This document shows positions 33,531-42,286 of a stretch of DNA of 42,286 nt, piece after piece. The stretch is from Callorhinchus milii. Lineage: Eukaryota. The stretch lies in NCBI RefSeq assembly GCF_018977255.1, contig NW_024705465.1:1-42286 (forward strand), given 5' to 3'. The notes under the pieces were generated by a model. The model saw only the letters and a list, made by a program, of their open reading frames with translations. It was not told where the DNA came from and did not search any database. The first letter of the stretch is position 1. Every line of letters begins with the position of its first letter. The position numbers were made by a program, and so were the translations under genes.

Positions 33531-34009
33531 CCTTATTTAACACCATCAGATTCACAGACTCGCCATCGCTTCTCCCAAGTCAAATAGCAGAGCTTAGACA
33601 CAACCCTGACCATGTGACACTGACGGCATCGACCGAGACAGTCAACAACTATCCGGCCGGAGCAATTATCTAATGAAGACGACAGCGACTAAGTTGGCAA
33701 ATACGACAGTGACGACGAGACGAGTCCACTTCCCAGAACCTGCGGCGACGAGCTCTCGCTCTCCGCTGCTTTTATCCTACTCGGCGCAGCCCGGCTCCGC
33801 CCTGGCCGCGCCCGCCTTCTCGAACCTACGAGCGGGTTCAGGATCTTCCAGACAGGGTCTCTGTGACCCTTGCCCCAGTCCCTCGCCCTGCTGACACACC
33901 CGCGTAAAGCTCACCGGCGTGTGTACTCCCCGTCCACCGCAGTTGCCGCTGCTGGACAACAACTATGACACTACAGTTTTACTGCCATTCTGTTCCGTGC
34001 CCCCGAAGC

Positions 34010-34282
34010 CATCAGCACAGACTCACAGCATCAACACAGACTTACATGATCAACAGACTCACACTATCAACACAGACTCACACGATCAACACAGACTCAC
34101 AGCATCAACACAGACTTACAAAATCAACAGACTCACACGATCAACACAGACTCACAGCATCAGCACAGACTTACATGATCAACAGACTCATTGCATCAAT
34201 ACGGGCTCACACCATAAACACGGACACACCATCAACGCGGACTCACACCATTAACATAGACTCACATCATAAATACAGACTC
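34010..34282. repeat. ~19-20-bp minisatellite (ATCAACACAGACTCAC...)
   Basis: Tandem array ending exactly at the 5' LTR of copy B. Confidence 0.85.
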
Positions 34283-35689
34283 TGTGGTGCCACAACGACG
34301 GGGCCGCTCTGCCGAACCAGGGAGCCGCCCGGCTTCCCCCACCGCACTGCCCCCATCACCCGCCCCACATAAGCACACACCCGCACGCATTCCCCCCCCC
34401 CCCATAGAGCTGGAAGGGAAGGTCACCTGATCGACCGGTTTTTATCCGAGAGACCCTTATCGGGATTAATTCTCACGGTTTCCGGCGATCAGGGAATTGG
34501 ATGACCTCCCCGTGCTACGTGGCACCGCGGCGCTGCGGCCGGCCTTAATATGGTGTGGTCGCGGCGTGGGGCATTCGGCCACCGCGGTTGAGGCGCATTT
34601 CCCCCCACACACACCCCCACGAGTCGACGGGGCAAGCAGGGGAGGCACGGGACAGCATGAATAGCGGGCTCACAGGGGCTGTTGCGCATAGTCATGGAGG
34701 GTTGGGATAATTGCGCTTGAGCGCGCAGGCCCCATTGTTAGGGAGGGTAAGGGATTAATTAGGATTTACGCCTTGCACGCAGCACACTGATTAGCATATC
34801 AACAGCGCCCGGGGAACCGCCGTGCACGGGCTTGGGGTGCACGAGCCGATTGTTCAGCGCAGCATCCCCTTTGAGGTAGGGAGGATAAATAGAGGAGCGG
34901 AGAGGGGAAATCGCCCCTTCTCTCCAGGCCAGCGGACCAGCAGGGTTCCAGCCAGCGACCCGGACGTCCGTGCGACGCATCGAGGTACGCTGTTAGCGCA
35001 GAGAGCAGCGAACCTCCGCGGGCACCAAACAGTGAGTGGGGAGGTGAAGTAGGGTATCGTAAGCCGATAAATAGGGAATAGGTACAGGTTTAGTGGAATA
35101 GGCCAGCCTCGTCGACTCACTGATTCAACATCAATTCGCAGGTGGCCTATAATAAATCATTAATAGCGAAGCGTGGTCTCGCGTGATCTTGTCGTGCAGT
35201 GTGAGCGTGTGGGTGCGCTGTGTGCACAGTGGTTCGCCACGTGAGTGAGCGCTGCGCGGAGCTGAGCGCGCGGGTTGCGCGTGGGTACGCAGTGATTCTG
35301 TAGTGCTGCGGCTCGCCTCGGGGGAGCGCTGCGCAGAGCGGTGCGAGAGTGGGTGTCGCGTGTGTTCACTCCGTGTGTGATACAGGTGCGCGAGTATAAC
35401 GTGAGTTGAGTTGGAGTGCGCGGAGCGGCGTGTGTGTGGGCGTGCGTGCGTTCGCTCCGCGTGGGTTGCAGGCGCGCGATTAGGAAAGGGAAGTATCGTA
35501 GTAGAGAGGGGCAGAATACTAATCGGTAATTAACCATGCCCATTACGCGGACCCGCGGTGGAGGGGAATCCGCGGGCGACGGCTCCCCCGCCATAGGTGA
35601 GGAACTTAGCAGCGGGGGGGCGATTGATGATGCTAGCCCGGCCGTTAGCATTATCGAGGGAGGGATCTCGGGGGCTAGCGACCCCCACA
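34283..35689 (+). repeat. 5' LTR of copy B (1407 bp)
   Basis: TGTGG..CCACA ends; TATA-like GATAAATA at 34884-34891; AATAAA at 35151-35156 followed by GT-rich sequence. Confidence 0.95.
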
Positions 35690-36720
35690 TATTGGTGTCA
35701 GAAGCGGGACGATCCCCCGCACCCCCAAGGGAAAGAGGCCCCCCAACCCAGGTTAAAATCAAATGCACATTTACGGGCAAAGGAATTCCATCATGGAAAT
35801 CGTTTGCCCGCAGCATCAGGGGGGCTAAAAAGGTTAATGGGTGGTCGGATGAGGAGGCGTTGCAGCAGTTAGAGATACATTTAGATGGACGGGCAGCTGA
35901 CTTTGTGGAAGCTTTGCCCGCAAGCACACAAACTCAGTGGGAAAAATTAATGTGCGAACTCGAACGGCGCTTCGGCGCCTATGACGAGGAGGAGGCGCAG
36001 GCGGCCTTAGAGGCACGCCGCCGCCAGCCCGGCGAGGATCTGCGAGATTACGCCGAGGACGTACGCATGTTGACCCAGCTTGCGTACCCGGAGCACGAGG
36101 CGAAAGTAATTGAGAGCCTCGCCGCCGGGAAGGTCCAGCGATATTTGGCACGCACCCCGTGGTGGCAGCCAAATATAGACGGTGCACGCCTCTCCTTTAA
36201 CACACTTGTCGAGCGCGCGCGTAAATGCGAGAAGCTCTCTGGTGAGCGCGCGCAGCCTCGAGGGAGGGGACGAGAGTGCGCCGTAGCGAGCCTACTCTCG
36301 GACGAGGAGGAGGAGCTCGCCATCGCAGTAAGGGGACGGGCAAGGGAGCCCCAGAGACCCAGCGAAACAACTCCGGGGTGGGTAGCTGGGTTACAGACCG
36401 GCATCGGAGATATGGATGGTAAGATAACCCACGTAGGTGAGAATATGACCAAGCTGAAATCCTCCGTTGAGACCATCCGATCCGAGATGGGGGAACTAGA
36501 CTCCACGGTAGGAGGGCTAACTGGAAGGATAGCGCTTCTAGAAGCAGAATATGAGCAGCAGCGCACTGGGGGAGGAGGGAGTGGGCAGAGAGCCCACCAC
36601 GGAGCCGCCACCCCTCCCCGGGCGTGTTATGTGTGCGATCGGCGAGGGCATCTCAGGAGGGACTGTCCTCAGGTCGCCCGAGCTAGACAAGAGCTAAGGT
36701 CAAACACTAAGGCCCCCTAG
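35536..36720 (+). CDS. gag: Gag, 394 aa (capsid-like region, coiled-coil-like segment, CCHC knuckle)
   Basis: Intact ORF from ACCATG; RRRQPGEDLRDY (MHR-like) and CYVCDRRGHLRRDC. Confidence 0.9.
   Translation: MPITRTRGGGESAGDGSPAIGEELSSGGAIDDASPAVSIIEGGISGASDPHILVSEAGRSPAPPRERGPPTQVKIKCTFTGKGIPSWKSFARSIRGAKKVNGWSDEEALQQLEIHLDGRAADFVEALPASTQTQWEKLMCELERRFGAYDEEEAQAALEARRRQPGEDLRDYAEDVRMLTQLAYPEHEAKVIESLAAGKVQRYLARTPWWQPNIDGARLSFNTLVERARKCEKLSGERAQPRGRGRECAVASLLSDEEEELAIAVRGRAREPQRPSETTPGWVAGLQTGIGDMDGKITHVGENMTKLKSSVETIRSEMGELDSTVGGLTGRIALLEAEYEQQRTGGGGSGQRAHHGAATPPRACYVCDRRGHLRRDCPQVARARQELRSNTKAP
35693..35709 (+). promoter_or_regulatory. Primer-binding site, tRNA-Leu
   Basis: TGGTGTCAGAAGCGGGA, 3 nt after the LTR end. 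Confidence 0.85.
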
Positions 36721-39332
36721 AGAGGGGACCGCCGGTGGGTGAAATCGACGTAGCCCCGACACAAACAAGCTGTGAGAATAATGGCGAGCGAGTGATCTCC
36801 ACACAGGTTCCAGCAACAACGCCCACAGAAACGGTGACTCCTGGCGACTGGCTACGGGAGCTGGTGGCGGGGATCACGGGGGCCACGTCGCTGGTGGAAG
36901 GGGAGGTTAACGGAGTGCGTACCCGAATCCTGCTGGACACGGGGGCGGTGGCCTCGCTCGTGAGCGCAGCGCACTGCAGCGCGATCGGGGTCGACGTGCG
37001 TCACCTGCAGGCCCCGGACCGCGCGCTGCACACTGCGAGCGGAGCCGGAATGGGGCTGCTGGGGAAAGCCACCCTAGAGGTCCGCATAGGCAGCCAGGTG
37101 TGCACGCAGGAGTTCTACGTGTCGAGTGCGTTGTGTCACGAGTGTATCGCAGGCACCGACCTCCTAGAACGGTTGGGACTCAACGTGCAACCCCGCCAGC
37201 GATGCGCCACCATGGAGAGCAACGGCGAGCGGATACCGTTCCTGGGACGAGAACCAACGCGCCGCCGCTTTGCACCTGTGGCCGCTATCCTGGCGACGGC
37301 AGTCACCATCGGCCCGCTCACCGAGATGCTGGTGCCGGTGGCAACATCCCCCACCGACCCCGCGCTCCGACCATCAGGGGAGGTAATGCTAACTCCTCAC
37401 CCGGAGTTGGCAAAACGGTATGGGGTTGTGGGATCCGCCACGTTGGTAAACGCAGATGGGGACCGATTGTTTATGCGGATGTTTAACCCCCACAATACCC
37501 CCGCGATACTGCGACGGCGCACCCCGATAGCCACAGTACACCCCCTGCACGCACGCCACTCTAACGACTCGGTGTTCGCACTCTGGGCTGAGGACCCCGG
37601 TCGTCCTGAGGGTGAGCAGGACCTGGCCTGGCGAGTCGGCCCGACTCCCCGAGCCGAGGTCGTTCCCCTGCTCGACGCGTTACATGTACCATGGGCGGAC
37701 TTACCTAAGGGAGAGGCCGATCGGCTGCGCGAGTTACTGCGGGAGTATGCCGACGTGTTCAGCGAACACGACTCGGACGTGGGTCGGACCGACCTTGTTA
37801 AGCATCAAATTGACACCGGTGCAGCCCGACCCATCAAACTCCCTGCGTACCGAGTGGGCGCACCCGAACGCGCCCAAATCAAAGAGGCAGTTGGGGACAT
37901 GCTTCGCGATAACATAATTCAGCCCTCGGCGAGCCCCTGGTCAGCCCCGGTGGTACTAGTAACGAAAAAGGATGGGTCAACCCGGTTCTGCGTCGATTAC
38001 CGTAAACTAAACGCAGTCACGCTCGGCGATGCCTTCCCCATACCTCGCATCGACGACACCTTCGACAGTCTCGCAGGAGCGCGGTATTTTTCCACCCTCG
38101 ATCTGGCGTCCGGTTACTGGCAGGTGGAGATGACGGAGGAGGATCGGCCAAAAACAGCATTCACCACCCCGATGGGCCTGTTTGAGTTTCGAGTGTTGCC
38201 GTTCGGACTCACTAACGCGCCCGCGACGTTCCAGCGGTTGATGGAGTTGGTGATGCGGGGCTTGCAGTGGGAACAGTGCCTGATTTACTTGGACGATGTG
38301 ATAGTGTTCAGTAGATCTTTGTCTGAGCATTGGTCCAGGCTTCGAGAGGTGTTCCAGCGACTGCGAGCGGCTCATCTCAAGCTCAAGCCACGTAAGTGTT
38401 ACATCGCACAACGCGAGGTGGGGTACCTCGGGCATCGCGTCAGCGAGGCAGGCGTGCGCACCGATCCGGAGAAGGTACGCGCCGTAGTGGAGTGGCCACG
38501 GCCAAGGAATCTGACGGAGATCAGATCATTTTTGGGGCTCGCCACCTATTATCGTCGATTTGTAAAGGGATTCAGCGAGATTGCACGCCCCCTCACCCAA
38601 CTCACCTCCCCTAAGCACCCCTACCAGTGGACGGGGGCCTGCCAGACGGCCTTCACCACTCTCAAAGACCACCTCACCCACGCCCCCACCCTCGCTTTCC
38701 CCGATTTTACCACCGATTTTATTTTGGACACCGACGCCTGCAGCAGCGGGCTGGGCGCGGTGTTGTCACAGGTACAGGATGGGACGGAACGAGTCATCGC
38801 GTACGCCAGCCGGACCTTGAGTGGGGCCGAGCTGAACTATTGCGTGACCCGCCAAGAGTTGTACGCCGTGATTTTCGCATGCAAACAGTTCCGGCCGTAT
38901 TTGTACGGCAGGAGATGTCGCGTACGCACTGACCATTATGCTCTGCAGTTTCTTCTTACATTCAAGGAGCCGCGGGGGCAGATGGCCCGGTGGTTGGCGC
39001 AGTTGCAGGAGTACAACCTGCAAATCGAGTATCGGGCTGGCCGGACGCATGCAAACGCGGACGCCTTGTCGAGGCGACCCACGGTGTACGCCGAGACGAG
39101 GGCGGAGGAGGCCTGCCCGTGTTTCACGGGGGGACGCTGCCGGCAGGCAACGGACCCCCGAGAGGCCGCGGCCACTGACCCCCCCCAGCGAGAGAGAGTG
39201 CAGTGTGCGCCACAGAAACCCTCACAGGTGGCACTGAGGATCCCGTCGACCGCCCGGCAAGCGCGGGACCCGCGGCTCGGGACCCGATCGGACGGATCCA
39301 GGAGGACGTCGGCTGCGCCTTCCCGGGCCTAA
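36711..39332 (+). CDS. pol: Pol: protease, RT, RNase H (-1 frame relative to gag)
   Basis: LLDTGA, LPFGL.NAPATFQ, YLDD, DTDAC and ADALSR motifs. The frame is open from 36711. Confidence 0.92.
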   Translation, partial: GPLERGPPVGEIDVAPTQTSCENNGERVISTQVPATTPTETVTPGDWLRELVAGITGATSLVEGEVNGVRTRILLDTGAVASLVSAAHCSAIGVDVRHLQAPDRALHTASGAGMGLLGKATLEVRIGSQVCTQEFYVSSALCHECIAGTDLLERLGLNVQPRQRCATMESNGERIPFLGREPTRRRFAPVAAILATAVTIGPLTEMLVPVATSPTDPALRPSGEVMLTPHPELAKRYGVVGSATLVNADGDRLFMRMFNPHNTPAILRRRTPIATVHPLHARHSNDSVFALWAEDPGRPEGEQDLAWRVGPTPRAEVVPLLDALHVPWADLPKGEADRLRELLREYADVFSEHDSDVGRTDLVKHQIDTGAARPIKLPAYRVGAPERAQIKEAVGDMLRDNIIQPSASPWSAPVVLVTKKDGSTRFCVDYRKLNAVTLGDAFPIPRIDDTFDSLAGARYFSTLDLASGYWQVEMTEEDRPKTAFTTPMGLFEFRVLPFGLTNAPATFQRLMELVMRGLQWEQCLIYLDDVIVFSRSLSEHWSRLREVFQRLRAAHLKLKPRKCYIAQREVGYLGHRVSEAGVRTDPEKVRAVVEWPRPRNLTEIRSFLGLATYYRRFVKGFSEIARPLTQLTSPKHPYQWTGACQTAFTTLKDHLTHAPTLAFPDFTTDFILDTDACSSGLGAVLSQVQDGTERVIAYASRTLSGAELNYCVTRQELYAVIFACKQFRPYLYGRRCRVRTDHYALQFLLTFKEPRGQMARWLAQLQEYNLQIEYRAGRTHANADALSRRPTVYAETRAEEACPCFTGGRCRQATDPREAAATDPPQRERVQCAPQKPSQVALRIPSTARQARDPRLGTRSDGSRRTSAAPSRA

Positions 39333-40750
39333 ACGACGAGCAGCTGAGACAGACCCAGCAGCGAGATCCGGATCTGGCGGCAGTGGAGGCGGCACTGCGG
39401 GAGGAAAAGAGCGCCCTACCAGGACCCTGGAGCGGTTTGTATGCCCGGTTGTGTGTGCGGAACGGAGTGGTACGGGAGTTAACCGAGGCCGGCCAGCCGG
39501 GGTGCATCTGTGTTCCTGCCCAGGTGCGACCCCAGCTGCTACGGCTGGTGCATGACCACCCACTCGGGGGCCACGATGGGGAACGACGCACTCGAGAGAC
39601 CCTGCGTCGCCAGTATCTCTGGCCCAAATTGGCACAAGATGTGGCCGCCTGGGTGCAGGGCTGCCGGGCCTGTCAGCAGTGTGGGCAAAAGCCGGCGAGG
39701 TACCAGGTACCCCTGAGGCCGTTCCGAGTCAGTCGGACGAATCAGTTGGTCGGAATCGACCTGCAGGGGCCCTTTCCACGATCCCACCGGGGCAACCGAT
39801 ATATTCTCGTAGCGGTGGAATACTTCACCCGCTACCCCGTGGCGGTGGCTATCCCGGATAAAACAGCCCTTGTAGTGGCCCGGGCCTTCGTGGAAAACTA
39901 CGTACTTAAGTGCGGGATCCCCGAACGAGTCATTACCGACCAGGGTAGTGAATTCGAGGCCGAACTATTTCAGGCGCTGTGCCGAGAGTTCGGGATCCAG
40001 AAGGACCGAACCACGGCGTATCACCCCCAGGCGAACGGGATGGTAGAGAGGATGAACCAGACTCTGGCCGGGAAGCTTAAACGCATGGCGGCCGCGAATC
40101 AACAGGACTGGGACGAACACCTTCCCTATGCCCTGTTCGCCTACACCACCGCCGTTCACACCTCTACAGGACAGACCCCGTTCCTAATGATGTTTGGTCG
40201 CGAGTCTCGCCTGCCCGCAGATCTGCTGTTCGGTGTTCCTCCGCCGCAACGGGAGGAAGGGAGCCACCCCGTGGAGCACTTGCTGGAGACCCTGCGAGGG
40301 GCCAGGGGCCGAGCCTACCCGCACGGAGAGGCCGCGCACCAGCGGCAAGAGCAGGGCGCCCGACCCCGTATGGAGCCCCCCTTCTACACTGCGGGCTCCG
40401 AGGTGTGGCTGTACACTCCCCGCGTCGGTGCCGGACAGGTGGGGAAGCTGACCACCTACTGGCGAGGACCCTGGATTGTGAGACGGCAGATCTCACCATG
40501 GACGGTGCTGATTCAGGGAGGAGAGAGGGGCCGGGAGATGGTGGTCAACATCCGCCGACTGAAGCCGTGGCGAGCAGCCCCGAGGGGGGAGCCCCGCCGT
40601 CCAAGTACCCCGAAACCCCGGGGTCCCCCCACCCCCCGTGCCCGGGGGCCTCGCGCAGTACATGGGCCCCACGGAGCCCCGGGCTCCGAGGGGCCCCGGG
40701 CGGGGCCGGGGGCGACGAGGACGGCGACCCTTAAACCCCACCGCCTCTGA
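39179..40750 (+). CDS. pol: Integrase of copy B (-1 frame relative to RT-RH as assembled)
   Basis: HHCC, D-D-E core and GPY/F. The frame opens right after TGA 39176-39178, at a C8 run. Confidence 0.88.
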   Translation, partial: PPPARESAVCATETLTGGTEDPVDRPASAGPAARDPIGRIQEDVGCAFPGLNDEQLRQTQQRDPDLAAVEAALREEKSALPGPWSGLYARLCVRNGVVRELTEAGQPGCICVPAQVRPQLLRLVHDHPLGGHDGERRTRETLRRQYLWPKLAQDVAAWVQGCRACQQCGQKPARYQVPLRPFRVSRTNQLVGIDLQGPFPRSHRGNRYILVAVEYFTRYPVAVAIPDKTALVVARAFVENYVLKCGIPERVITDQGSEFEAELFQALCREFGIQKDRTTAYHPQANGMVERMNQTLAGKLKRMAAANQQDWDEHLPYALFAYTTAVHTSTGQTPFLMMFGRESRLPADLLFGVPPPQREEGSHPVEHLLETLRGARGRAYPHGEAAHQRQEQGARPRMEPPFYTAGSEVWLYTPRVGAGQVGKLTTYWRGPWIVRRQISPWTVLIQGGERGREMVVNIRRLKPWRAAPRGEPRRPSTPKPRGPPTPRARGPRAVHGPHGAPGSEGPRAGPGATRTATLKPHRL

Positions 40751-40966
40751 GTTTGTTCCCCAGCCCGCAGGTGCCAGAGGCCGAGGGGAGCCGTTGGAAT
40801 GGAGGAGGAGACCACCGCCGGAGCCCCAGGAGACGGAGCCGCCACCCCCGAGGCCAGCCACAAGGGCCGGGCGAATCCCGCGGACCCCGCGGCGATACCT
40901 CGTGGGGGCAACCCAGGCGAGGTGCTCCAGTCAACCCGGGACGGGGACTGGCACCCCGGGGGGCTA

Positions 40967-42132
40967 TGTGGTGCCACAACGACGGGGCCGCTCTGCCGAA
41001 CCAGGGAGCCGCCCGGCTTCCCCCACCGCACTGCCCCCATCACCCGCCCCACATAAGCACACACCCGCACGCATTCCCCCCCCCCCCATAGAGCTGGAAG
41101 GGAAGGTCACCTGATCGACCGGTTTTTATCCGAGAGACCCTTATCGGGATTAATTCTCACGGTTTCCGGCGATCAGGGAATTGGATGACCTCCCCGTGCT
41201 ACGTGGCACCGCGGCGCTGCGGCCGGCCTTAATATGGTGTGGTCGCGGCGTGGGGCATTCGGCCACCGCGGTTGAGGCGCATTTCCCCCCACACACACCC
41301 CCACGAGTCGACGGGGCAAGCAGGGGAGGCACGGGACAGCATGAATAGCGGGGTCACAGGGGCTGTTGCGCATAGTCATGGAGGGTTGGGATAATTGCGC
41401 TTGAGCGCGCAGGCCCCATTGTTAGGGAGGGTAAGGGATTAATTAGGATTACGCCTTGCACGCGCACACTGATTAGCATATCAACAGCGCCCGGGGAACG
41501 CCGTGCACGGGCTTGGGGTGCACGAGCCCATTGTTCAGCGCAGCATCCCCTTTGAGGTAGGGAGGATAAATAGAGGAGCGGAGAGGGGAAATCGCCCTTC
41601 TCTCCAGGCCAGCGGACCAGCAGGAGTTCCAGCCAGCGACCCGGACGTCCGTGCGACGCATCGAGGTACGCTGTTAGCGCAGAGAGCAGCGAACCTCCGC
41701 GGGCACCAAACAGTGAGTGGGGAGGTGAAGTAGGGTATCGTAAGCCGATAAATAGGGAATAGGTACAGGTTTAGTGGAATAGGCCAGCCTCGTCGACTCA
41801 CTGATTCAACATCAATTCGCAGGTGGCCTATAATAAATCATTAATAGCGAAGCGTGGTCTCGCGTGATCTTGTCGTGCAGTGTGAGCGTGTGGGTGCGCT
41901 GTGTGCACAGTGGTTCGCCACGTGAGTGAGCGCTGCGCGGAGCTGAGCGCGCGGGTTGCGCGTGGGTACGCAGTGATTCTGTAGTGCTGCGGCTCGCCTC
42001 GGGGGAGCGCTGCGCAGAGCGGTGCGAGAGTGGGTGTCGCGTGTGTTCACTCCGTGTGTGATACAGGTGCGCGAGTATAACGTGAGTTGAGTTGGAGTGC
42101 GCGGAGCGGCGTGTGTGTGGGCGTGCGTGCGT
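40967..42132 (+). repeat. 3' LTR of copy B (identity to the other LTRs lost after ~42132)
   Basis: Starts TGTGGTGCC after a short G-rich PPT-like GGGGGGCTA; matches 34283-~35451. Confidence 0.9.
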
Positions 42133-42286
42133 AATCGGCGTCCCCCAGGTGCGCGCTCATAACGTAGCGGCCAGCAGGCGGCGGCGCTGCGCAGAGCGGC
42201 GCAAGAGTGGGTATCGCGTGTGGAGCTGTATGCGTGTGATGCGCGCACGTTCACTACGTGTATAATACGGATGCGCATTGGTAACG

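Larger units (their letters stand above)
34283..42132 (+). mobile_element. Ty3/Gypsy LTR retrotransposon, family 1, copy B (near full length)
   Basis: 5' LTR 34283-35689, PBS, gag, pol, integrase, and a 3' LTR from 40967 that diverges after ~42132. Confidence 0.95.

Noticed and set aside
32975..33673. 232-aa Ser/Pro/Leu ORF
   Set aside because: Arises from a SINE fragment plus a pyrimidine-rich repeat.
40750..41114. Possible env-like third ORF
   Set aside because: No signal peptide, TM segment or furin site; best explained as the Pro/Gly-rich pol tail.

Overview
Repeat-dense eukaryotic (vertebrate) genomic DNA. V-SINE cores, GC-rich simple repeats and the gene types are consistent with a lamprey-like genome (inference). 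Two convergent host genes occupy the first 13 kb. One is a 7-finger C2H2 zinc-finger coding exon (+, ~967-1760). The other is a multi-exon CTX/CAR-family V-C2 immunoglobulin membrane-protein gene (-, 12915 to ~5066) whose second C2 half-exon is not visible. The rest is mobile DNA: two head-to-head copies of a Ty3/Gypsy LTR retrotransposon with ~1.4-kb LTRs (A, -, 15468-23483; B, +, 34283-~42132), a second Gypsy family cut by copy A right after its RT YLDD motif, Penelope-like element remnants with hammerhead ribozymes, an RTE-like LINE fragment, hAT-type MITEs with 8-bp TSDs, SINEs, minisatellites and 2.5 kb of degenerate TTAGGG-like repeat. Highlights: (1) copies A and B have near-identical pol and LTRs but capsid domains only about two-thirds identical (capsid swap); (2) an RG-rich segment plus a textbook PAM2 (PABP-binding) motif follows the integrase; (3) gag starts inside the LTR and reads through the tRNA-Leu PBS; (4) a ~280-bp hairpin just 3' of the Ig gene carries a hammerhead ribozyme on each strand. 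Many ORFs break at homopolymer runs, so 1-bp assembly errors are likely and frameshift claims are caveated.
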